DNA of 30,899 nucleotides. It comes from Candidatus Hydrogenedentota bacterium. Its GTDB lineage: Bacteria; Hydrogenedentota; Hydrogenedentia; Hydrogenedentales; SLHB01. The position numbers and the translations under genes were made by a program. The notes beneath the pieces were generated by a model. The model was not told the origin of the DNA. It was given only the letters and a program-made list of their open reading frames with translations, and made no database searches. Positions 18,532-27,407 of this stretch are shown piece after piece. The stretch spans positions 1-30,899 of the forward strand of contig SLSB01000312.1 in NCBI GenBank assembly GCA_007130675.1, read 5' to 3'. Position 1 is the first letter of the stretch. The number at the start of each line of letters is the position of its first letter.

Positions 18532-19392
18532 ATGACCACACAGCGTTTCCTGTTGACCTGTCTGGCTTTTGTATGTCTCGGGGTGTTTTCCGGGGCGTCT
18601 CAAGCCCGCGCCACCGCAATTACGGTGATGACCTATAACATCCGCCACGGCAGGGGCATGGACGATGTGGTCGACTTGGACCGCATCGCGGAGGTGATCC
18701 GTGCCGAGAATCCGGATGTTGTGTGTTTGCAGGAAGTGGATCAAGGAATGACCCGCACCGACGGTCTCGACATACCTGCGGTGCTTGCGGCCAAACTGGG
18801 CATGAACATGGCGTTTGGGCCAAACCTCGCCATTCAAGGCGGGTATTACGGCAACGCGACCCTGACCCCGCATCCAATCGCCGAACACAAGAACCACCGC
18901 TTGCCGAATCCCGAGGGGGGCGAGGTCCGCGGCTGTCTGCACACGGCCATCGAAATCAATGGAACGACCGTACATGTGTTCAATACCCACTGGTCGATTA
19001 TTGCCGCGGAACGTTTGCCCCAGGCCAGCACGATATTCGAACTGCTTCCGTCGGAGAGGACGATACTCGCTGGGGATCTGAACGAACTCTATACGCGCGA
19101 CGGGGTTCAGCTTCTCCTGCGTCAGCTTCAGGACAGCGTTTCCGGGGTCCGGGAAGGCCGCAAGACTACCTTTGGCGAAGGAGAAAGGGCCCGGCGTATC
19201 GATTATGTGCTGGTCTCGAAAGACATCCGTGTGCTCAGCGCGCATGTGGTGGATACCGAGACGAGCCGCGTGGCCTCGGACCACCTGCCCTACGTCGTGA
19301 GCGTTGTCGTGAGCGAACCGGAATACGAAGAGAAATTCGAGGCCGATCCCCGCGAAGAATTCATAGTTCCCCGCAGTTCCGTCAGCCCGTGA
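18532..19392 (+). CDS. Secreted endonuclease/exonuclease/phosphatase (EEP) family protein
   Basis: Signal peptide; TYNI, LQEVD, NTH, GDLN, RIDY and SDHLP motifs. Confidence 0.92.
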   Translation: MTTQRFLLTCLAFVCLGVFSGASQARATAITVMTYNIRHGRGMDDVVDLDRIAEVIRAENPDVVCLQEVDQGMTRTDGLDIPAVLAAKLGMNMAFGPNLAIQGGYYGNATLTPHPIAEHKNHRLPNPEGGEVRGCLHTAIEINGTTVHVFNTHWSIIAAERLPQASTIFELLPSERTILAGDLNELYTRDGVQLLLRQLQDSVSGVREGRKTTFGEGERARRIDYVLVSKDIRVLSAHVVDTETSRVASDHLPYVVSVVVSEPEYEEKFEADPREEFIVPRSSVSP

Positions 19393-19453
19393 TCGCGGCA
19401 GACATGGCGTCTGCAGATCCGCGGCGTTGCGCGGTGCTCGCGACCAGCCCGCG

Positions 19454-19831
19454 TCAGTCAGAAAACGCCTTGGGCCCCAGATGTTTGACCAGCATATCCT
19501 GGAGGTCGCCAATCATATGGCGTTTGGTGAGGTAGTCCGAAGCCCCCACCTTTTCAATCTTGCCGCGGTCTTCTTCGGTGGAGGTTAGAAACACGATGGG
19601 TAGATTGGCGGGGATATCCGGATTGTTACGCAGGCGTTCGCAAGTCTCGTAGCCGTCGAAAACGGGCATCATGACGTCCAGGAACACGAGATCGGGTTCG
19701 GTTTCGGTTGCCATGTCCAACGCTTCCTGGCCGTTCGCCGCGTAAAACACCTGATGCCCCTCCGCCGTCAGGGCGACAGAGAGTACGTCGTACGAAGAGG
19801 AATCATCGTCGGCAATCAGAATACGGGCCAT
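19454..19831 (-). CDS. Single-domain response regulator (CheY-like receiver, 125 aa)
   Basis: ILIADDD, FLDVMMP, FLT and YLTK; ATG at 19831 with GGAGG RBS. Confidence 0.93.
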   Translation of the reverse strand: MARILIADDDSSSYDVLSVALTAEGHQVFYAANGQEALDMATETEPDLVFLDVMMPVFDGYETCERLRNNPDIPANLPIVFLTSTEEDRGKIEKVGASDYLTKRHMIGDLQDMLVKHLGPKAFSD

Positions 19832-19864
19832 AACGCTACCCTCCCATTCCACTATTGCCGTTTC

Positions 19865-19873
19865 AGTATACCA
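19865..19873 (-). promoter_or_regulatory. Extended -10 promoter of the receiver gene
   Basis: Minus strand TGGTATACT (TGn-TATACT), 34 nt upstream of the ATG. Confidence 0.5.
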
Positions 19874-20094
19874 TCCCACACCCTGGGGTACACCATAGCC
19901 GTACTGCCCCCGCCAGAGCAAGTAGGAAAGCCCCGTCCAGATGATCAGCCCCCGCATTTTGCCGGGCAGAACATGCCGCAATCCCTTTTGAATTGGCTCT
20001 GGGGGTGGTGAATGCCGAGGCGGCCATATCAGAAAAACCTGGAAGGATTCTGCCAAAGCTTACAACCGGAGCGATTTTCTGAGATGCGTGCCGA

Positions 20095-20904
20095 TCACTC
20101 GGTGATGGTAGCCTTCGTGGCGCCGGTCGAAATGCCGCCGTCGACCAGCAGGGTCTGGCCGGTGACGTAGCGGCTCTCTTCAGCAGCGAGAAAGACGACC
20201 GCCCCGTCGAGGTCGTGTGGCTGGCCAGGGCGTTTCACGGGAATGCGGTCGCAGATGTAACGCACCCAGGCGTCGTTTTCGTAGAGCACCTTGTTCTGTT
20301 CGGTCTTGAACCAGCCGGGGGCGAGGCAATTGACGGTGATTCCGTGCGGGCCCCATTCGTCGGCGAGGCTCATGGTGAGCTGTTTTGTGCCGCCGCGGCT
20401 GGCGCAGTACGGTGCGAGACCCGCGTATCCGAACACGCTTGTAACCGAGCCGATGTTGATGATGCGGCCGTACTGTTTCGGGATCATGTGCCGTGCCACG
20501 GCCTGCGCGACGAAGAATGTTCCCCGGAGATTGGTCTCGAGCACGAGGTTCCAGTCGTCCCAGGTTACATCGAGGGAAGGTTTGCGGACGTTGCAGCCCG
20601 CATTGTTGACAAGGATGTCGATCGTGTCGTATGCCTTGACGGCCTCGGATGCCATGCGTTGAATGCTTCCGTAGTCGCGGACATCCAGCTCGATGGGGAC
20701 TGCCCTGCGTCCGAGGGTTTCGATTTCCCGCTGGAAACCCGCCAAATGGTCTTTATTGCGGCTGGTAATTACAAGATCGGCGCCGGCTTGAGCCAAAGCG
20801 CGGCCGAAATACTGGCCGAGGCCCCGGCTGGCCCCCGTCACGAGGGCCACGCGGCCAGACAGATCGAAAAAGGCATTCATTGCGTCATTCTCCGATTTAT
20901 TCAC
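20095..20904 (-). CDS. Short-chain dehydrogenase/reductase (gluconate 5-dehydrogenase/KduD-like)
   Basis: TGASRGLG, NNAG, YCASR (YxxxK position is R) and NCLAPGWF motifs. Confidence 0.92.
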   Translation of the reverse strand: MNKSENDAMNAFFDLSGRVALVTGASRGLGQYFGRALAQAGADLVITSRNKDHLAGFQREIETLGRRAVPIELDVRDYGSIQRMASEAVKAYDTIDILVNNAGCNVRKPSLDVTWDDWNLVLETNLRGTFFVAQAVARHMIPKQYGRIINIGSVTSVFGYAGLAPYCASRGGTKQLTMSLADEWGPHGITVNCLAPGWFKTEQNKVLYENDAWVRYICDRIPVKRPGQPHDLDGAVVFLAAEESRYVTGQTLLVDGGISTGATKATITE

Positions 20905-20907
20905 ATC

Positions 20908-21945
20908 CTACGGACACAACACCACTTTGAGCAGGCCCGGTTCTCGGGCATGAAGCCGCTCGAACCACGCATGACCGTCTTCGAGCTGTCCCGTGGCTGA
21001 AATGATCAGCTCGACGGCAATCTCTCCGCGCGCCAGCAGCGCGATAGCCACGGGGTACTCACCCGAAGATGCACACGACCCGAGCACGTTGAGTTCGCGC
21101 GTCACGGCGGTCTGGAGAGGAAAGGATACGCTGGGCGTGACGTTGCCCACCAGCACCACCGTGCCGCCCTTGCGCGCACACGCCAAACCTGCCCCCACGG
21201 TTTCCTCGATCCCCACCGCCTCGAGCACGATGTCCGCACCCTTGCCGCCGGTGAGCGAGGTCACGGCATCGGCTGTTGGGTTGTGGGCACTGTTGACGGT
21301 ATCTGTCGCGCCGAGTTGTTCGGCCAAACCGAGGCGGGCGTCATCGAGGTCCACGGCGATGATGCGCCCGCAGCCCGCTCGTTGGAGGGCCTGTATCGCA
21401 AGCAAGCCGATGGTGCCCGCGCCAAGAACCACAGCCGTATCGTTGAGGCGGAGCGCTGCCCGCGACACCGCGTGGACCGCCACCGCCACCGGCTCGACCA
21501 AGCTCGCGTGTTCGAAGGACAGCCCGTCCGGGATGCGATACACAATACGCTCGGGTACGGCCACATACTCCGCAAACGCCCCGTCGCGCCGGTAATCTTC
21601 GCACGATACGCCGAGTACTCTCCGGTCATCGCAGAGATTCACGCGCCCCGCCCGGCAGAAGACGCACGTTCCGCAATAGATGGTCGAATCGAAGGTGACC
21701 CGGTCGCCCGGTTGAAAACAGGACACGGCTTCGCCTGTTTCGGTCACTTCGCCCGCGGCCTCGTGACCCATGACGATGGGCGGGATGCGGCGCCCCGAGC
21801 TGCCGTCGTAGCCGTGCACGTCGCTGCCGCAGATCGCGCAGGCCCGGACCCGCACCAGCACCTCGTCCGGCCTGCAGGCGGGCACGGGAACCTCTTGAAT
21901 GGCCAGATGTTTGTATTTATCGAGCACCAGTGCGCGCAAGGTCAT
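20908..21945 (-). CDS. Zn-dependent polyol/sugar-acid dehydrogenase (galactitol-1-P/sorbitol dehydrogenase-like)
   Basis: CAICGSD, GHE, CGTCVFC..NLC and GAGTIG motifs; start is ATG 21945 or TTG 21939. Confidence 0.9.
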   Translation of the reverse strand: MTLRALVLDKYKHLAIQEVPVPACRPDEVLVRVRACAICGSDVHGYDGSSGRRIPPIVMGHEAAGEVTETGEAVSCFQPGDRVTFDSTIYCGTCVFCRAGRVNLCDDRRVLGVSCEDYRRDGAFAEYVAVPERIVYRIPDGLSFEHASLVEPVAVAVHAVSRAALRLNDTAVVLGAGTIGLLAIQALQRAGCGRIIAVDLDDARLGLAEQLGATDTVNSAHNPTADAVTSLTGGKGADIVLEAVGIEETVGAGLACARKGGTVVLVGNVTPSVSFPLQTAVTRELNVLGSCASSGEYPVAIALLARGEIAVELIISATGQLEDGHAWFERLHAREPGLLKVVLCP

Positions 21946-22077
21946 CTCCTCTTGTGGCTGAATTCCCAACAACTGTTTCATCTTACGTGTGGTAACAGAG
22001 GGAAACAAGATTGGAAAAATGATGTTTCCGAGCGGTACCCTCAACAGCGCGGACGAGTTCATGCGGGAGGCGCTGCC

Positions 22078-23082
22078 ATGAAAGCCATGGTGCTCGAAGA
22101 GATTGCCGGTATTGATACATCCCCGCTGGCGTTGCGGGAAATGGCCGTGCCCGAGCCGGGGCCCGGCGAGGTGCGCCTCGAGGTGCGGTGTTGCGCGATA
22201 TGCCGGACGGATCTGCACGTCATCGAGGGCGAACTCCCGAGAGAGAAGCTGCCCATCATCCCCGGGCACCAGATCGTGGGCGTTGTGGACAAAGTGGGGG
22301 AGGGGTGCTCGGACATTCGCGAGGGCGAGCGTGTGGGCGTGGCATGGTTGCGGCACACGTGCGGACAGTGCCTTTTCTGTATCCGCGGCCAGGAGAATCT
22401 ATGCGAATCGTCGCGCTACACCGGCTATCACGCGGACGGGGGATACGCTGAATACGCCATAGCGCCAGAGGCGTTTGTCTATACGATACCCGAGGCATTT
22501 GGGGACACCGATGCCGCCCCGCTGTTGTGCGGCGGCATTATCGGTTACCGGGCGCTGAAGCGCGCCAATGTGCCCGAGGGCGGACGTCTCGCGCTGTATG
22601 GTTTCGGCTCTTCCGCGCATGTGGTGATGCAGATCGCGAAACACCGGGGCTACTCGGTCTACGTGGTGTCGCGCGGAGAAGAACATCTCGAGCTGGCCCG
22701 CGCGATGGGGGCGGATTGGGCAGGAAACGACGCTGCCGATATGCCAGAGAAAGCCGACAGCGCGATCATCTTCGCGCCCGCGGGCCGTCTGGTTCCCGTG
22801 GCGCTCGAAATGCTCGAAAAGGGCGGCACGCTCGCCTTGGCAGGCATCTACATGACCGATGTCCCGGCGTTGAGCTACGAGAAACACGTGTTCTACGAGC
22901 GCGACATCCACTCGGTGACCGCCAATACCCGCGAAGACGGCCGGCAACTGCTCGAGGAAGCGGCCGAGATTCCGATTCGTCCGCGCATAACGGTATACTC
23001 GATCGAGGATGCCAACCGGGCTTTGCAGGACCTCAAGAACGGCACGCTCAGCGGGACGGGGATTCTGCGGGTCTCGACGTAA
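22078..23082 (+). CDS. Zn-binding alcohol dehydrogenase family protein (334 aa)
   Basis: CAICRTDLH, PGHQIVG, CGQCLFC..ENLC and GFGSSA motifs; GGAGG RBS. Confidence 0.93.
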   Translation: MKAMVLEEIAGIDTSPLALREMAVPEPGPGEVRLEVRCCAICRTDLHVIEGELPREKLPIIPGHQIVGVVDKVGEGCSDIREGERVGVAWLRHTCGQCLFCIRGQENLCESSRYTGYHADGGYAEYAIAPEAFVYTIPEAFGDTDAAPLLCGGIIGYRALKRANVPEGGRLALYGFGSSAHVVMQIAKHRGYSVYVVSRGEEHLELARAMGADWAGNDAADMPEKADSAIIFAPAGRLVPVALEMLEKGGTLALAGIYMTDVPALSYEKHVFYERDIHSVTANTREDGRQLLEEAAEIPIRPRITVYSIEDANRALQDLKNGTLSGTGILRVST

Positions 23083-23160
23083 ACGATTCGGCATTGGCAC
23101 CTGCTTGCTATACAATGCCGTGAGGTTGGGCTGCACAGAACGCAAGCAAAGGGGGACGCT

Positions 23161-24618
23161 GTGAAAGACATTTCGCGCCGCAGATTTCTGGGAGCCACGG
23201 GGGGCGCGCTGCTTGCTGGTATGGCGCCGCGCGCGTTTTCGGCCCCGGGCTCGAGCAGGCCCAATGTTGTATTCATACTCATTGACGACATGGGCTGGCC
23301 GGATGCCGGATGTTATGGCAACCGCTTCAACGAAACTCCGAACATCGACAGGCTGGCCGCGCAGGGCATGCGCTTCACCGACGCCTATACTGCGTCTCCG
23401 GTTTGCTCTCCCACGCGCGTGAGCATCATGGCGGGGCAGTATCCCGCGCGGGTGGGCATCAACGATTTTATCCCCGGCCACCAGCGGCCCTACGAAAAAC
23501 TGAAGACGCCGGTAAACCGCACGCAATACTTGCCGCTTGAGGTGACGTCCCTTGCGGAAGCGCTCAAACCCGCAGGATATGCCACCGGCTATTTCGGCAA
23601 ATGGCACCTCGGCGGACGCGAGCATTTCCCTGACGCGCAAGGGTTCGACTCGTGGCTTGTGTCGGTCGGCCGGCATTTCCAGTTTCGCACCACGCCCCCC
23701 ATGGATATCGAGGAAGGAACCTATCTCACCGAATTCCTGACAGACCACGCCGAGAAGTTTATCGAAGAGCACCGGGAACAGCCGTTTCTGCTCTATCTCT
23801 CGCACTACGCGGTGCACATACCGCTCGAGGCGCGCCAGGAACTGATCGACAAATATGAGGCGAAAGAGAAACCGCACGAGGGGGTCAACAATCCCGTTTA
23901 TGCCGCCATGGTCGAGCACGTCGATCAGAGTGTGGGGCGCATCATGGCGAAACTCGATGAACTCGGTCTTGCGGACAACACGGTGGTTGTGTTCACCTCG
24001 GATAACGGCGGTCTCCGTCAACGGTATGATTTGCAGGGGCCGATTGTATCGAGCAATGCCCCTCTTCGCGACGAGAAAGGCTCGCTCTACGAGGGCGGCA
24101 TCCGGGTGCCGCTTATTGTGCGGTGGCCGGAGGTCATTGAACCCGGCACCACCTCGAGCGAACCCGTGAGCAGCATCGATTTCTATCCGACCTTCGTCGA
24201 TATTGCGGGGACGCCGCCTCCAGTGAATCAGGTGTTGGACGGCGTGAGCCTGCGGCCGGTGCTCGAACAACGCGGCGCCCTTGACCGCGATGCCATTTAC
24301 TGGCATTACCCGCATTACCACCACTCGACGCCCGCGGGCGCTATTCGCGCGGGAGATTGGAAACTCCTCGAGTTCTTCGAGGATGGGCGGCTTGAACTCT
24401 ACAATCTCGACGACGATATCTCGGAATCACGCAACCTGGCGGAGTCATTGCCGGACAAAACGGCGGAATTGCGCGAGAAACTCGCGGCATGGCGCGACGA
24501 GCTCGATGCGGACATGCCCGGACCCAATCCAGACTACGACCCGGCCCGCGCCCACGAATGGGGTCCGCCAATTTGGGAAGGAAGCGCCGAGCGCGGCGCT
24601 CGAGCGCGGCCACGTTGA
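23161..24618 (+). CDS. Tat-exported sulfatase (formylglycine-dependent)
   Basis: Tat motif SRRRFLG; PNVVFILIDD, CSPTR, GKWHLG, SDNGG and KGSLYEGGIRVP motifs. Confidence 0.95.
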   Translation: MKDISRRRFLGATGGALLAGMAPRAFSAPGSSRPNVVFILIDDMGWPDAGCYGNRFNETPNIDRLAAQGMRFTDAYTASPVCSPTRVSIMAGQYPARVGINDFIPGHQRPYEKLKTPVNRTQYLPLEVTSLAEALKPAGYATGYFGKWHLGGREHFPDAQGFDSWLVSVGRHFQFRTTPPMDIEEGTYLTEFLTDHAEKFIEEHREQPFLLYLSHYAVHIPLEARQELIDKYEAKEKPHEGVNNPVYAAMVEHVDQSVGRIMAKLDELGLADNTVVVFTSDNGGLRQRYDLQGPIVSSNAPLRDEKGSLYEGGIRVPLIVRWPEVIEPGTTSSEPVSSIDFYPTFVDIAGTPPPVNQVLDGVSLRPVLEQRGALDRDAIYWHYPHYHHSTPAGAIRAGDWKLLEFFEDGRLELYNLDDDISESRNLAESLPDKTAELREKLAAWRDELDADMPGPNPDYDPARAHEWGPPIWEGSAERGARARPR

Positions 24619-24745
24619 TTCTTGGGGAAGTGTGCATCGAGCCGGGAGCCGGGCTACTGTTTCTTGCGCATGCCGGTCTTGCTCAGAAGGGTCACGCCGC
24701 ATTTTCGGGCGGCCTTCGCGCGGGCGCGGGCCTACAATTTTTCCT

Positions 24746-24905
24746 GTAGCGCAGGCGTCTCGCCTGCATTTCGGCCGGCGAGGGCGCTCCTCGTTTAATC
24801 CTGAGAAGGCTACTGCGAAACACGCGAATGACACGAAAGAGTTTCGCGCGTTTGGCGTGTTTCGTAGTGGGGCAAGTCTTGATGCAGGCGAGACGCCTAC
24901 GCTAC
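24746..24905. repeat. Inverted pair of GTAG-type REP palindromes enclosing a long hairpin (REPIN/BIME-like)
   Basis: GTAGCGCAGGCGTCTCGCCTGCA (24746-24768) and TGCAGGCGAGACGCCTACGCTAC (24883-24905) are 22/23 complementary; inner hairpin at 24812-24868. Confidence 0.8.
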
Positions 24906-25101
24906 GCGACGCGGCGAGAGGCCCGCGCTACACTATGCGGCGAGGCGGCGTTTTCGTTGTGGCACAAGCAACGCATTGCCGACCTGGAACGGCCAGATCG
25001 TGTATATGCGTAGTTGGCCATCTCGATCGCGGCGTCAAGGTCATCGTGTCGCTGTCCGGCATCAAGGCAAGATCTTCATGGGCGCTCCTTGCCGAAGACG
25101 C

Positions 25102-26466
25102 TCAGAACACCGCGATATCGATCTTGCTGGCCTGTCTTCCGCCGGGGCGGAACATGACAAGGTCTTGAGCACCGTTGCCGTTGAGGTCGTATGTGCGCGC
25201 CTCGCCAAACGGCTTGAACGGCAGGGTGACCCAGGGCCTGCTCGATATGAAGCGTTCGGGTTCGCCCGTGTGAATGACAACCTCATCTGTTCCGGAGCCA
25301 AACATGGCATCGAGGCGGCCGTCTCCGTCAAAATCGGCCAGGATAAAAGCGGGTCGTTCGCGGCCTTCGGGCGCGTCGAGGGTCACGCTGGTCGAGAAAT
25401 CCGGCCTCGTGCTGAAGGTCTGGCCGTCAAACAGGAACACATCCACATCGATGGCGACTTTTCTGCGTAGAAAGAGATTCATGAAATTTCTGACGCCGAA
25501 GGGAACCTTGATGAACATGACATCAAGCTGCTCGTCGCCGTCTACATCGATGAGCAGGGGCGTCGCGAAGGCGCCTTTGGCCTCGAATTCCGCCGTGGGT
25601 TCGTCGGGATACGTAAACGGAGCCGTGGCGATATACACCTGCGTGACAACGGTGATATTCACATTGCCTTTGGTCTGCGTCACGATCAGGTCCGGAAGGC
25701 CGTTACGGTTAATGTCTTTCAATTGGGCCGACACATCCCACTCATTGTCGTCATTGATTGGCAGCTTGTAGCGGGTGTGTTGGGTCCATTTCTCGCCATA
25801 GGCGAAGTCGACAGACTCTTCCCCGAGAAACGCGATCCCTTTCGGGGATTGCTCCTCGAGGGAGAACAGGTGAGGAGCAGGCAATCGGTGGCGAATCTGG
25901 ACGGATGACCCGCCACGGACTTCACTCACAATATCACATTCCACGATACCGTATTCGCGGTCGGCCGTCCTGATGATGTAGCCGGTATGGGTGGGAATGA
26001 GCCATTCATCGATGCCGTCGTTATTCAGATCGCGGGCGATTGCGTCCAGAAATTGGGGTTCCCGGACATTTCCCGGAAGCAGCGACGGGAACTCGATTGT
26101 CCGAATCCTCTCGAACCCTTCCTCTCGATACGCATAAACATCTGCTCCGCGCGGGGTTGTAACAACCAATTCACGTGGCGGCTGCCCATCGGTCTCGGCC
26201 CAGAACAGCCCACCGGCGCCTGGGTCAAGCGCCATCATGAACGTCGGTACAGACGGATAGGTGCCCGTGCCGGTACTCATGAATACGGCCAGATACTTTC
26301 TCAGAGGGTCACTCTTGGGGTCGCCGCACAACGCAACAATGTCTTTGTGCCCATTCTGATTCAGGTCTTTTGCAGCAAGATCCCAGATCGCGTCTGGAGC
26401 TTCAAGCGTGGCTATCTGGGGAGCGGCCGCGCACTGGACCGCCGCGAGAACGATGAGCGAAAGCAT
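25102..26466 (-). CDS. Secreted FG-GAP/VCBS repeat beta-propeller protein (454 aa)
   Basis: Signal peptide; repeats DLNQNGHKD, DLNNDGIDE, DINRNGLPD, DVDGDEQLD, DFDGDGRLD and DLNGNGAQD; AGGAG RBS. Confidence 0.9.
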   Translation of the reverse strand: MLSLIVLAAVQCAAAPQIATLEAPDAIWDLAAKDLNQNGHKDIVALCGDPKSDPLRKYLAVFMSTGTGTYPSVPTFMMALDPGAGGLFWAETDGQPPRELVVTTPRGADVYAYREEGFERIRTIEFPSLLPGNVREPQFLDAIARDLNNDGIDEWLIPTHTGYIIRTADREYGIVECDIVSEVRGGSSVQIRHRLPAPHLFSLEEQSPKGIAFLGEESVDFAYGEKWTQHTRYKLPINDDNEWDVSAQLKDINRNGLPDLIVTQTKGNVNITVVTQVYIATAPFTYPDEPTAEFEAKGAFATPLLIDVDGDEQLDVMFIKVPFGVRNFMNLFLRRKVAIDVDVFLFDGQTFSTRPDFSTSVTLDAPEGRERPAFILADFDGDGRLDAMFGSGTDEVVIHTGEPERFISSRPWVTLPFKPFGEARTYDLNGNGAQDLVMFRPGGRQASKIDIAVF

Positions 26467-26624
26467 ACTATCTCCTTGTTGGGGTTGCAATTCCATTGGC
26501 CCGGGCGCCAGCCGGGTTAGAGCACATTACTTTGATTGGACAAGGCGATTGTCCAACGGGTTTCGGAGTGGCACAGAGGCGTTCGACTATGCGCGAACGG
26601 GCCCTCTGGATTGATGCGGCTTGG

Positions 26625-27056
26625 TTACACGCCTGCCGCGGTGGAGAGCTGATTGCGCAGCGTGTCGGTGAACACGGCAAACTCCATGTTTTGCGAGAGT
26701 TCAGTGCCGAAACGCAGGGCTACTACCGAGATGTCTTCGTACTCGTGAGCCACACGCATCACTTCGGCCGACCCCACGAAGGTGCGGGGCAAATGGGCGT
26801 TGTCATCGCACAGCTTGGTCGAGATAGCCACCGAAACACGCATGCCCGAAGTGACTTCGTGTTTGGTGCGCACAAGAACTCCGCCACGGCACATGTTGAG
26901 CACGTTGCCGCGGCAGACCAAGCGGCATTTCTGCTTGGGATCGTGAACCGCGATCTTGATCTTCATGGGGACCGCGAAACGTCGCGCTACCCGGCGTTCT
27001 TGCCGGGGCTCGAACGGGTCGTCCCATCGTGCATTCGTTTCGTACCGAGCCATCAT
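26625..27056 (-). CDS. PilZ domain protein
   Basis: ERRVARR (RxxxR) switch and NMCRGG (D/N-x-S-x-x-G-like); C-terminal VALRF. Confidence 0.88.
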   Translation of the reverse strand: MMARYETNARWDDPFEPRQERRVARRFAVPMKIKIAVHDPKQKCRLVCRGNVLNMCRGGVLVRTKHEVTSGMRVSVAISTKLCDDNAHLPRTFVGSAEVMRVAHEYEDISVVALRFGTELSQNMEFAVFTDTLRNQLSTAAGV

Positions 27057-27148
27057 TCTTTCCTCATCACCGGAACCCGAGTGATCAATACTCCCATGTG
27101 CGCTCTCGGTTCCACAGAGCCGTTACGCGACAACCTTTACTATCCAAA

Positions 27149-27176
27149 GTATAGCACTTATTAGCAGTTTTGTCCA
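27149..27176 (-). promoter_or_regulatory. Sigma70 promoter of the PilZ gene
   Basis: Minus strand TGGACA, 16 bp, TATACT, with extended -10 TG. Confidence 0.6.
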
Positions 27177-27407
27177 GCACAAATGGCTTTATGCGCACTA
27201 TAAATTATTTTCCTATCATTTACCCTGAAAAGTAGACGAATGTTATTGCCATCTATTCATTTGAGGTGACGTTATGGTGCTTGAGTTAGATGAATACATT
27301 AAAAAGTGCTAAAATAATGGTCTTGGGGATAGTTTAAAGGCCTGAGTACCGCGAATTTACGCACGCTCGACCGCAAAGGAGCGACAGAAAGCGCAGTAAT
27401 TTGTCAA

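Noticed and set aside
19832-20056. 75-aa N-terminal extension on the response regulator
   Set aside because: An RBS and extended -10 lie directly before ATG 19831; the extension has no protein-like features.
21283-23082. 599-aa ORF, and the 482-aa ORF at 20908-22356, as full-length proteins
   Set aside because: The N-terminal parts are antisense shadows of the opposite dehydrogenase; RBS-supported starts are 22078 and 21945/21939.
23095-23108. Sigma54-like TGGCAC-CTGC-TTGC before the sulfatase
   Set aside because: The spacer is 4 nt; sigma54 requires 5.
24281-25168. ORFs spanning the sulfatase/FG-GAP gap
   Set aside because: They run through REP palindromes, overlap real genes and lack recognisable motifs.
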